This document shows positions 55,665 through 64,000 of a stretch of DNA of 64,000 bases, in pieces. The position numbers and the translations under genes were made by a program. The stretch is from contig CAYLMJ010000003.1 in the NCBI GenBank assembly GCA_964384995.1, positions 25,007 to 89,006 of the forward strand, given 5' to 3'. How positions within the stretch are numbered: position 1 is the first letter of the stretch; each line of letters starts with the position of its first letter. The notes beneath the pieces are model-generated. The model was not told where the DNA came from. It made no database searches and saw nothing but the letters and a program-made list of their open reading frames with translations. Origin of the DNA: an uncultured archaeon (lineage in GTDB: Archaea > Thermoplasmatota > Poseidoniia > MGIII > CAYLMJ01).

Positions 55665-56473
55665 GCCCCGACCTGTCCGACCTGGCCCTGCGCCCGGCAG
55701 TCCTGCGCCGGGAGGTCCATTCAGAGGGTCTGACCGGGGTCGACATCTCGGTCACCTTCGCTGGAAAACGGCTCTCGGCCGGGCAGTCAAAGTTCCCCCA
55801 CCCCTTCCTGTGGGAGGGGCCTGGAGCCCCCCAGGTGGTCCGCAGACAGACCTCGGGCGGGAAGGTGGACCCCAAGCTCTTCGAGGTCTGCCAGGGCGCC
55901 GAGATGGACCTGACCCCCAGGGGACTCACCATGCGCTCACTGGCAATGGAAGGCCCCAAGGACCTGCGCCACAATCTCAACCTGCTCAGGGAGGCCACCC
56001 GCGGCCGGGTCCCGGTCTGGGTCCGCATGGCCTGTGGCGATGTCTACGACGATCTGAAGATAGCCCTGAAGGCCGGTGCCGACGGGGTGTTGCTGGACCC
56101 GAGCATCGGTGGCGGATTGCCTCTGATAGCCGCCCTGGCCCCGGCCCGGCGGGCCCTGGACGAACTGGGAGGCGACAAGGCCAAACTGCCCAAGCTGATG
56201 GTCGTGGCCGGACCCGACCAGGCCCCCGAGGCGGCCGACCATGTCAAGCTCCTGGCCCTGGGAGCCGACATGATCCACCTCGACCGCCCTCTCCCCATCG
56301 CGGAGGTGGAGCGGCTGGCCAGGGAGGTGGCCCGGTTAGTGGGCTTGTGTGGTCATCGTACCCTGGCGGGCCTGTCATCCGAGGACCTCTACGCCCTGTC
56401 GTATGACACCGCGGCCCTGACCGGATTGCGTCTGGCCGGCTACGACTCTCGCATCCCCATGTGGAGCCACTGA
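55661..56473 (+). CDS. Reduced FMN-binding glutamate-synthase-family protein
   Basis: LNLLREAT.GRVPVWV, ALKAGADGVLLD, DHVKLLALGADMI, LCGH..L.GLSSEDL; ATGA overlap with upstream gene. Confidence 0.75.
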   Translation: MSPDLSDLALRPAVLRREVHSEGLTGVDISVTFAGKRLSAGQSKFPHPFLWEGPGAPQVVRRQTSGGKVDPKLFEVCQGAEMDLTPRGLTMRSLAMEGPKDLRHNLNLLREATRGRVPVWVRMACGDVYDDLKIALKAGADGVLLDPSIGGGLPLIAALAPARRALDELGGDKAKLPKLMVVAGPDQAPEAADHVKLLALGADMIHLDRPLPIAEVERLAREVARLVGLCGHRTLAGLSSEDLYALSYDTAALTGLRLAGYDSRIPMWSH

Positions 56474-56773
56474 GCTTTCGATGACCGAACAGCCCCGGTA
56501 TGGATACAGAAGCAGAGACAGTGTCACCTCGGAGGCTGTCAGGTGTGAAAAGACCTCATGTATGAAAATTAAGGCTGGAATCCATATCCCTGAGGAATTA
56601 AGGCGATAAACCTCAATCGAGAAATATTGGTGAACCTGGATTTATTCATCGGTGAGAATCGACCCTAGTACAGGCCTCTATCGCTACGCCCTCCGATACT
56701 CCTAAAGCCCGCCTCCCCAATGCCCGCCCATGCCAGAATGGTGCCTGTTCTTAGCCCTTAATCCCTCGCCCCG

Positions 56774-57865
56774 GTGGTGTGGATTGCGCGCGTGACCGGC
56801 GGTCCAGCCGGGGCTCCTGCTCCCCGTTTCAGGCCCCGGCAGAAGGTGGGCGTTGCCACCACCGATTTTGCGCTCTTTGCCGATGTGGTGGAGAGCCTGA
56901 AACAGGCGGGGATACCGTTCGTCGATTGTGACCCCCAGGGCAAGGTGCCCGGCAACGTGGGCGTGGTGGTGACCTCCGCCAAAGAGGCCAGCCAGGCCTG
57001 GCCGGAAGGAGGCCATAAGAGACCGGAAACGCCATCGACGAGCGGGACCGAGGGGGCATATTCCGGGGAGCGGGAGACCATTGACCCCCAGCTTCGCTGG
57101 AAGGGTTGCCGGGTCCTGGCCCTCGGCTGGGATGACCTTCTGCCCGGACAGAGGGACCGGGAGCTGGCCCTGCTGCCCTTCCGGGTGATGTGGGCCCTGG
57201 CCGGCTACCCCCTGCTGTGGGTGGGCGTGGACCCCGGACCCCGCCCCGGCATCGCCATCCTGGCCTCAGGTACCGGCACCCGCGCTGGCACGGGAGCGGC
57301 ACCCAGTTCCCCGGGTCTTCTGGTCGACTACCAGGCCGCCGACGAGGAGCAGGCATTGGCCTACCTGCTGGGAGTGCTGATGGCGGTGGGCCCGGGGATG
57401 ATGGTGGTGCGGGTGGGCCACGGAGCCCCACTGCCCCGCAACCGCCTGGCCAACGGCGTCATGGAGGCCGCCACAACCCTGTGGGGCGATGGCTCGACCC
57501 CCGATGTCGATCCGGAGCCAGGCCCGGATGAGCAGGATGCCGCCTCCCCTGGCGGTACCGCCTCGATATCGGCGCCGGCCGTGGCGGTGGAGATAGTGGA
57601 CGAGACCGGCTCAAGCAGTGGCACTCGCAAGGAGTCCAACCTGGCCGCGGCGGCGCGCATCGCCACCGTCCCCGGCTATCGGCTTAGCAAGCCCCTGCGC
57701 ACCCATGTCAAGCCCACCGACATCACCAAGGTCCAGGAGCGCTCGCGACTCAAGACCGGAGGCCTGAGGACATTATCGGCCAAGATGGCAGAAGCGGTGG
57801 CCGCCGGTGAGCTGACCATGGAAGAGGCCTTGGAGAGGGATGCAAAGGAAGCCGAGATGGCCTGA
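56774..57865 (+). CDS. Hypothetical protein with RNase H-like (YqgF/RuvC-type) GVDPG motif
   Basis: LWVGVDPGPRPGIAIL, VRVGHG, VEIVDETGSS, NLAAAARIA. Start uncertain. Confidence 0.65.
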   Translation: MVWIARVTGGPAGAPAPRFRPRQKVGVATTDFALFADVVESLKQAGIPFVDCDPQGKVPGNVGVVVTSAKEASQAWPEGGHKRPETPSTSGTEGAYSGERETIDPQLRWKGCRVLALGWDDLLPGQRDRELALLPFRVMWALAGYPLLWVGVDPGPRPGIAILASGTGTRAGTGAAPSSPGLLVDYQAADEEQALAYLLGVLMAVGPGMMVVRVGHGAPLPRNRLANGVMEAATTLWGDGSTPDVDPEPGPDEQDAASPGGTASISAPAVAVEIVDETGSSSGTRKESNLAAAARIATVPGYRLSKPLRTHVKPTDITKVQERSRLKTGGLRTLSAKMAEAVAAGELTMEEALERDAKEAEMA

Positions 57866-57974
57866 TCATCCCGCTCTCACCGACGACATGAACGCACGTG
57901 CCGCCATGTAACTACAAAGGCAGATACAGCTACATCTCACCACCTCCTTATAGCCCCTCCTCATTGCCTGCTCC

Positions 57975-58487
57975 ATGCCCGCTGAACCCGTCGCCGACCA
58001 TACTCTTGGCTCATCTCCCGGCCAACCTCTGCTCCTGCGTTTCCATCCGGGCGCCATCATGCCGGGGGCACTCTTTGACAAACTGGTCGAGGTCAACCCA
58101 TCCTTGGAAGCGGAGGCAGGCCAAACCAATCCTCAAGGCACCGGCAACTGGTTGGTCCTGGGGGGCATCGGCATGCTCCGGGATTTCGAGCTGGGCTACT
58201 TCGACGGTGAGGAGTATCACAAGCGCTCCTTTGCCGAGCCATACGAGCTGGTGACCCTTCAGGGCACCGTGGTGGCCCAGGGTCCCGAGGGCCTGCCCAT
58301 CGCCCATCTTCACGCCACCCTGGCCAGTCCCGATCACAGATGTGTGGGCGGCCACCTCTTCAGTGGGGTCGTGGGCGTAACCCTGGAGGTCAACCTCCTG
58401 TCCCTTCCCGGCCCGGCCTCCCGCCAGTTCGAGCCCAGCGGCCTGGCCCTGCTTCAACTGGAGCACCGGATGGCAATGCCAGAGTGA
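57975..58487 (+). CDS. PPC domain (DUF296) protein
   Basis: GGIGML...ELVTLQGTV...HLHATLAS....VGGHL. Confidence 0.88.
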   Translation: MPAEPVADHTLGSSPGQPLLLRFHPGAIMPGALFDKLVEVNPSLEAEAGQTNPQGTGNWLVLGGIGMLRDFELGYFDGEEYHKRSFAEPYELVTLQGTVVAQGPEGLPIAHLHATLASPDHRCVGGHLFSGVVGVTLEVNLLSLPGPASRQFEPSGLALLQLEHRMAMPE

Positions 58488-58725
58488 TGCATATTCCAAT
58501 AGCAACCTTCCATCCATCTGTGACCTTGTTCTATTGAATATACTATGCAAATCAGGCTCAAGGAGGCTTATTTGGAGATACTATACGCAAAATCAGTTTG
58601 AAAATAAAGCAGGCTCTGTCCAATTCAAAAAAATCAAAGTATTTTGCATTTTATCATCTTCCTGACCTTATTTCCACACATTTTTATATAACGGCAACCT
58701 GGCAAAGGCTCAACGGGGTGTATCC

Positions 58726-61700
58726 ATGCCTTCCTCCAAGCAGTTAGTTTGTCTTGTATTAGCCATCGCCCTGACCCTGAGCTACCTGGCTCTGCCCACC
58801 AGCCAGGCCGATGGCGAGAACGCGACCATCAACGGGACCGTGCGCAACAGCGATACCACGCTCCCCATCGAGAATGTCACCGTCGATGCCTACGAACAGG
58901 ACGGTGGTGGCAATTACGAGAACGATACCAACGCCGCGGGCGCCTACACCATGGACGTGGTGGACGGCACCTATACCCTGCGAGCCTCGGAATGGCCCGA
59001 CTACTACATCTTCGAGCGCAACAACGTGAGGGTCAACGAGGGTCAGACCAGGACCGAGGACATCGACCTGATTCCCCACGGCGGCGAGAACTCGGGGATG
59101 GAGGGGACGGTCTACGATGCCGTCACCGGCGACCCCCTGGACGGGGTCTGGATGTACTACCGCGACGCCGACAATGAGACCCACTGGCTTGGCTTCACCA
59201 ACGGCACCGGCGACTACAACGAATCGATGCTCCCCGGATATTGGGACCTCGACGTGTCCAAGGACGGCTACCGCACCGTCAGGGACCATGGTATTCTCCT
59301 GGAGGATGGTAACTGGCTCTCAGGCGATCACTGGCTCTGGCCCGAGAACTCCACCCTGTACGGTCAGGTCACCGACAACGTCACCGGAGACCCCATCGAG
59401 GATGCCTTGATCTACGTCTATCATGGCGACCATGAGGACGATGATTTCTACGACAACCGCACTTACACCGATGACAACGGCGACTATCTCTTCAACCTCT
59501 CCGCCGGGTTCTACAACATGGAGGTCTACGGCCCCGACGGATACTACTCCAACGTGATGTTCCACGTCCCGACGATGACCCTGCCCAACATCGAGGTCGG
59601 CGTGGACCATGACCTGGAGATGGATTTCGCCCTGGATCCCATCAACTTCATGGGCAACATCACCGACAAGGATAGTGATCCCATAACCTTCCCGCCGGCC
59701 ATCATCATGGCCTTCAACATGGAGGGCTTGGCCTTTGGCGGCGATGATGACGGTGATGACGACGAGGGTTTCCCCGGTTTCATCGCCATTCCCGATGAGA
59801 ACGGCTCCTACGAGCTCCACTTGCCTGAGGGCGACTGGCTGGTCATCGCCATGGACTTCGCCCTCATGGAGGACCCCGACAACGCCACCTACGATGCCAA
59901 CCTCACCCGGGTGACCATCGAGGACGCCACCGAGATGAGCTATCACGACTTCACAATGTGGGACCTCAACTCCTCGGTCTCGGGCATCATCACCGATCCC
60001 GATGGACTGCCCCTGGAGAACGCCTCGGTACAGCTGTACAACAACCACACAGTGATGTTCGACGAGAGCAAGATAGTGTTCACCAACAGCGCCGGCGAGT
60101 ATCAGATCGAGGCGGGCCGGGGCGACTTCTTCCTCTTTGTCACATACTCCGAGGGCGAGGATGACAGCCCCTTCGACCCCGCACCCTACAAGACCATCAT
60201 CGATACCTTCACCCTGGGCGAGGAGGATGATCAGGTCAAGAATTACCAGATGGAGGACAGCGATCCCCAGGTCCAGTACCAGAACGCCACCATGGCCGAT
60301 GACTGGCAATCCATGAACACTTCCATCGAGATGATCATGGGCCTAAATCAGACCCAGTGGCTCAGGCTCTGGCTCGATGGTCTCATCGGCAACGGCGACT
60401 ACTACCTGAGCCAGGAGGAGATCGACCGGTTCAACGAGATCATGGACATGGGCGGCGGCGATGATGATGACGACGATGAGAGCCCCTTCAAGGTGGACGA
60501 TATCGAGTTCGTGGAACAGGGCGGGTTCAACGCGACCTTCACGAACGCCGTTGGCGCCTGGGATTCGGCCAACCCCATCAGCCTTAGCGGCAATGGGATC
60601 CTGGAGGCCGAGGAGGAGGTCAGCACCCGCACCATGCACTCCCTGGAGTTCAACGTGTCCTACCATACCGAGTCGGTGACCTTCCTTTACAACTTCACCT
60701 TCCCGGTGGTCTACACCCTGGACTGGAACTCATCCTCCGACAACGTGACCTTCGAGGGCCTCAATCCCATTGACATCATCGTCGTGCAGGACCCGGACCC
60801 CGATGACAACCAAAGGGACGAGACGGTCTGGATCGACATGCGCAAACCCAATGACCTGCCCACGGCGAACATCACCAACATCGACCCCAATCCGGGCACC
60901 GAGGGCCTGGAAGTGTTGTTCGAGGGCGAGGGCACGGATGAGGATGGTGACATCATCGCCTTTGAATGGTACATCGACGATGAGCTGGTCTCCAGCGAAC
61001 CCTCTTTCACCAACGATTCACTGGAGCCTGGCAACTACACCGTGAAGTTCCGGGTCCAGGATGACATGGAAGGCTGGTCCGAGTACGATACCGAGGACCT
61101 GGAGATCGAGGCCCTGCCCAACATCCCGCCCAAGGCCATCATCGACCAGCTTGCTCCCGACCACGCGCCCGAGGGACAGGATGTGAACTTCCAGGGCCAC
61201 GGCGAGGATGACGACGGCACCATCGAGGCCTTCGAGTGGTATCTTGACGATACCCTGCTGTCCGACCTGCAGTCCTTCATCCGCAACAACATCCCCGTGG
61301 GCAACTACACGGTCAGCTTCCGGGTCCAGGACGACGATGGAGTATGGTCCGAGAACGCCACCGCCGAACTGGAGATCATGGATGTCAATGACCCCCCCGA
61401 GGCCGACATCGATGACATCGAACCCAATCCGGCCTACCCCGGCAAGCTCATCACCTTCACCGGCTCGGGTACCGATGATGACGGTACCATCGAGGCCTAC
61501 GAATGGCAGATCGACGGCTGGGTGGCCTCGACCTCGGACACCTTCAGCCTGGACAATCTGACCATCGGGACCCACAACGTGCAATTCGCGGTCATGGACA
61601 ACAACGACACCTGGTCCGAACCGGTGTTCGATCAGGTGGAGATCAAGGGCAACGAGGAACCCTACGCCTCCATCGACAGCATCACCCCCAGCCCGCCCAA

Positions 61701-62583
61701 CTCCCTGGACACCATCACCCTCAACGGTTCAGGCACCGACTACGACGGCACCATCGTGTCCTATCAGTGGACCCTGGACAGCACCATCGTGGGCAGCAAG
61801 GCCGAGGTGGAGATCGGACCCCTCGACGCCGACACCTACACTGTCGGATTCAGGGTCAAGGATGACAACAACACCTGGTCCACCACGGTGACCGAGGCCC
61901 TGACGGTGGTGGCCACCAACCATCCACCAGAGGCCGTGATAGTCTCCATCACACCCCAGTACCAGGTTTCACCCGACACCTACATCATATTCATCGCTGA
62001 CGGATACGACAGTGACGGCTCGGTGGTCAACTACGAATGGTCCATCGATGGCACAGTGATCGATATCGGCACCGATGATGAGTACAGCACCGAGTTCAGC
62101 GAGGATGACCTGGCCGGCGGCAACCACACCGTGACCCTGCGGGTCAAGGACAACGAGGGAGCCTGGTCCGAACCGGTCGAGAGCTGGCTGGATGTCAAGG
62201 GGACCGGTGTGACCCCCCCGACCCTCGAGTGCATCCTGTCGGTGAATCCCACCTCGGCCAAGGTCCTGACCTCTATCTTGATCGACGCCTCGGCCTCCAC
62301 CGGGAACATCGTCAGCTACCACTACGATTTCGGCGATGGTGACACCAGGGGACCTGGGATGTATACCACCTCCAATCACCCCTATGACGAAGCCGGGACC
62401 TACACCATCACGGTGACGGTCACCGACGGGGACAACAACACCGACACCGCAACTGCCACAGTGGTCATCACCGCGGCCGATGATGGCGACGACGATGACG
62501 ATCCCGGTTTCGGTCTGATCGGCCTGATCAGCGCCCTGGTCCTGGTCAGCCTGGCCCGCCGACGCATCCGTCGCGGGAACTGA
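58726..62583 (+). CDS. Cell-surface glycoprotein: carboxypeptidase-regulatory-like repeats, PKD repeats, PGF-CTERM-like anchor
   Basis: Signal peptide; GxV.D..TG.P repeats; G.GTD.DG.I..YEW PKD-like repeats; DDDDPGFGLIGLISALVLVSLARRR; TTTTTATATA box at 58681. Confidence 0.9.
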   Translation: MPSSKQLVCLVLAIALTLSYLALPTSQADGENATINGTVRNSDTTLPIENVTVDAYEQDGGGNYENDTNAAGAYTMDVVDGTYTLRASEWPDYYIFERNNVRVNEGQTRTEDIDLIPHGGENSGMEGTVYDAVTGDPLDGVWMYYRDADNETHWLGFTNGTGDYNESMLPGYWDLDVSKDGYRTVRDHGILLEDGNWLSGDHWLWPENSTLYGQVTDNVTGDPIEDALIYVYHGDHEDDDFYDNRTYTDDNGDYLFNLSAGFYNMEVYGPDGYYSNVMFHVPTMTLPNIEVGVDHDLEMDFALDPINFMGNITDKDSDPITFPPAIIMAFNMEGLAFGGDDDGDDDEGFPGFIAIPDENGSYELHLPEGDWLVIAMDFALMEDPDNATYDANLTRVTIEDATEMSYHDFTMWDLNSSVSGIITDPDGLPLENASVQLYNNHTVMFDESKIVFTNSAGEYQIEAGRGDFFLFVTYSEGEDDSPFDPAPYKTIIDTFTLGEEDDQVKNYQMEDSDPQVQYQNATMADDWQSMNTSIEMIMGLNQTQWLRLWLDGLIGNGDYYLSQEEIDRFNEIMDMGGGDDDDDDESPFKVDDIEFVEQGGFNATFTNAVGAWDSANPISLSGNGILEAEEEVSTRTMHSLEFNVSYHTESVTFLYNFTFPVVYTLDWNSSSDNVTFEGLNPIDIIVVQDPDPDDNQRDETVWIDMRKPNDLPTANITNIDPNPGTEGLEVLFEGEGTDEDGDIIAFEWYIDDELVSSEPSFTNDSLEPGNYTVKFRVQDDMEGWSEYDTEDLEIEALPNIPPKAIIDQLAPDHAPEGQDVNFQGHGEDDDGTIEAFEWYLDDTLLSDLQSFIRNNIPVGNYTVSFRVQDDDGVWSENATAELEIMDVNDPPEADIDDIEPNPAYPGKLITFTGSGTDDDGTIEAYEWQIDGWVASTSDTFSLDNLTIGTHNVQFAVMDNNDTWSEPVFDQVEIKGNEEPYASIDSITPSPPNSLDTITLNGSGTDYDGTIVSYQWTLDSTIVGSKAEVEIGPLDADTYTVGFRVKDDNNTWSTTVTEALTVVATNHPPEAVIVSITPQYQVSPDTYIIFIADGYDSDGSVVNYEWSIDGTVIDIGTDDEYSTEFSEDDLAGGNHTVTLRVKDNEGAWSEPVESWLDVKGTGVTPPTLECILSVNPTSAKVLTSILIDASASTGNIVSYHYDFGDGDTRGPGMYTTSNHPYDEAGTYTITVTVTDGDNNTDTATATVVITAADDGDDDDDPGFGLIGLISALVLVSLARRRIRRGN

Positions 62584-62701
62584 GTTGGGAACACCACCGG
62601 CCCCTTCCCGGTCCCATTCTGGGAAAGCCCTCATCCAGCAATGCCTGGGCCTCCAGGACCCATTTGGCCTCAGCGCCAGCGCCAGCCCCAGCCCTCCTGG
62701 T

Positions 62702-64000
62702 TCAACCGGCGGTCTGTTTCACGATGCTCTGGGCCAGGATGGGACCGATCCCCGGGAGTTTAGCCAGCTCCTCGGGCATCGCCCGAGCCAGTTCCCGCGG
62801 CTCGGTGAAGCCATTGCGATGGAGGGTCCGGGCCCTGACCCGGCCGATGCCCTCAAGGGTAAGCAGGTCCAGCAGTTCCTCCTTGACGCCGAAGGCGACC
62901 CGGCGATGGAGTGAGTCCAGCAGTGGCGCCAGTTCAGGCAGTTCCAGCCGGGCCAGCTGGGTGAAGGAGTAGAGCAGCCATTGGGCCGTGGTGGTGAGAT
63001 GGTGGATGTCGCCGGGGCCCACCCCGAAGCTCTCCACCAGGTGGTCCTCGCTGGCCTCGTTGGCCCAGGCTCTCAGCAGCATGGCGGTCTTGAAATGGCC
63101 CAGATGCTCCTCCAGGCCCTGCTCATCGGCCGGTGCCTCCACCAGCAGGTACTCCTCCTTCTCGTAGAGCTGTTCCAGCAGGTCGTAGCGCTCTTTGGGC
63201 CGGGCGTAGAGGCTGGTCATGTCGGGGGTGGCGCACAGGGCGTGGAGCAATCCCAGTTCGAGACCCTCCCGGGCGCGGTCGCCCCTTGCCAGCTCCGGGT
63301 CGGCCCGTCCCAGGGCCTCCCTGAGGCCCACGCCTCCCAGGGGGTCCAGGTAGAGCTGGGAGACCTTGGCCCCGAAGTCGGTGGCCATCAGACTCTCGCC
63401 GGTCATGTCCCGCGCCAGTTCGGCTCCGCTGGCGAACTCGCCGGACGGCGGAGGGCCGCCCGTACGCTGGATGAGCTCCTTCTCCTCCAGGAAATCCAGG
63501 ACCTTCTCGATGCGGGCATGAAGCCGCCACAGATCCTCGGAGTGGCCGTAGAATGTGGCGGCCAGGAAGCTCTCCACCTCCTCCCGGTTGCCGCAGTGGC
63601 CTGCGGCGATGGCCGCCAATAGATGGGTCCGCAGGGCCGCCTGGGAGCCCAGCTGGGAGACCAGGGGCTCGGGCCTGCCATGGAGATAGAGGTGACCCAT
63701 CTGCTCAGCCTGGCCCGGGTCCTTGACCATCAGCACCGCCTCGCCCAGGTCGTCGAAGCCGGGACGGCCCGCCCGCCCCATCATCTGGTGCACCTCCAGC
63801 ACCGGCAGAGGCGATGAGCCGCCCATCTCGAAATCGTACCTGAAAAGATCACGGACGATGACCCTCTGGGCCGGCAGGTTGACCCCGGCGGCCAGGGTGG
63901 GGGTGGCCACGATGACCCTGAGATGGCGAGCCCTGAAGGCCGCTTCCAGGGTCTCCCGGTGAGGCCCGGCCAAGCCGGCGTGATGGAATGCGATGCCCGC
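62702..64000 (-). CDS. hel308: Ski2-like DEAD/DEAH helicase Hel308 (5' part outside window)
   Basis: GIAFHHAGL, ATPTLAAGVNLPA, QMMGRAGRPGFD, LEGIGRVRARTL, C-terminal HhH. Confidence 0.93.
   Translation of the reverse strand, partial: AGIAFHHAGLAGPHRETLEAAFRARHLRVIVATPTLAAGVNLPAQRVIVRDLFRYDFEMGGSSPLPVLEVHQMMGRAGRPGFDDLGEAVLMVKDPGQAEQMGHLYLHGRPEPLVSQLGSQAALRTHLLAAIAAGHCGNREEVESFLAATFYGHSEDLWRLHARIEKVLDFLEEKELIQRTGGPPPSGEFASGAELARDMTGESLMATDFGAKVSQLYLDPLGGVGLREALGRADPELARGDRAREGLELGLLHALCATPDMTSLYARPKERYDLLEQLYEKEEYLLVEAPADEQGLEEHLGHFKTAMLLRAWANEASEDHLVESFGVGPGDIHHLTTTAQWLLYSFTQLARLELPELAPLLDSLHRRVAFGVKEELLDLLTLEGIGRVRARTLHRNGFTEPRELARAMPEELAKLPGIGPILAQSIVKQTAG

Noticed and set aside
56474..56773. 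Small gene or ncRNA in the intergenic gap
   Set aside because: No convincing ORF, stable structure or known RNA motif seen

Overview
GC-rich archaeal chromosomal segment. Archaeal origin is supported by top6B, dph5, Hel308, type-2 IDI, an archaeal initiator tRNA, TATA promoters and PGF-type sorting signals; the gene set looks Thermoplasmatota-like, which is inference. Housekeeping genes (top6B, hppA, carAB, dph5, ahcY, rdgB, fni, idsA, hel308, two tRNAs) are interleaved with many large secreted or membrane-anchored proteins (S8 and M6 proteases, ELWxxDGT repeat protein, PKD/Ig-like surface proteins). The most interesting region is 21.5-34.0 kb. It holds a type IV pilin-like gene, three paralogous membrane proteins, and an AT-rich polytopic membrane protein fused to a pilin-like domain. 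The three paralogues share a C-terminal beta-sandwich + alpha/beta 'platform' module resembling an adaptin/coatomer appendage, followed by a GDxVxGxK(T/V)(E/D)(V/I)xDSV(V/L)xR tail. Four of these five genes share a precisely spaced upstream motif, GGGGA-N6-NGGG(AC/GA)TTCCC-N10-TATA. Other observations: an S8 protease broken by an apparent microhomology deletion, a T8 frameshift cutting off a beta-propeller gene's leader, 11-bp-period intergenic arrays, and phased Lrp-type operators. No CRISPR array, integrase or transposase was seen. All calls come from motif recognition by eye; no database searches were run.
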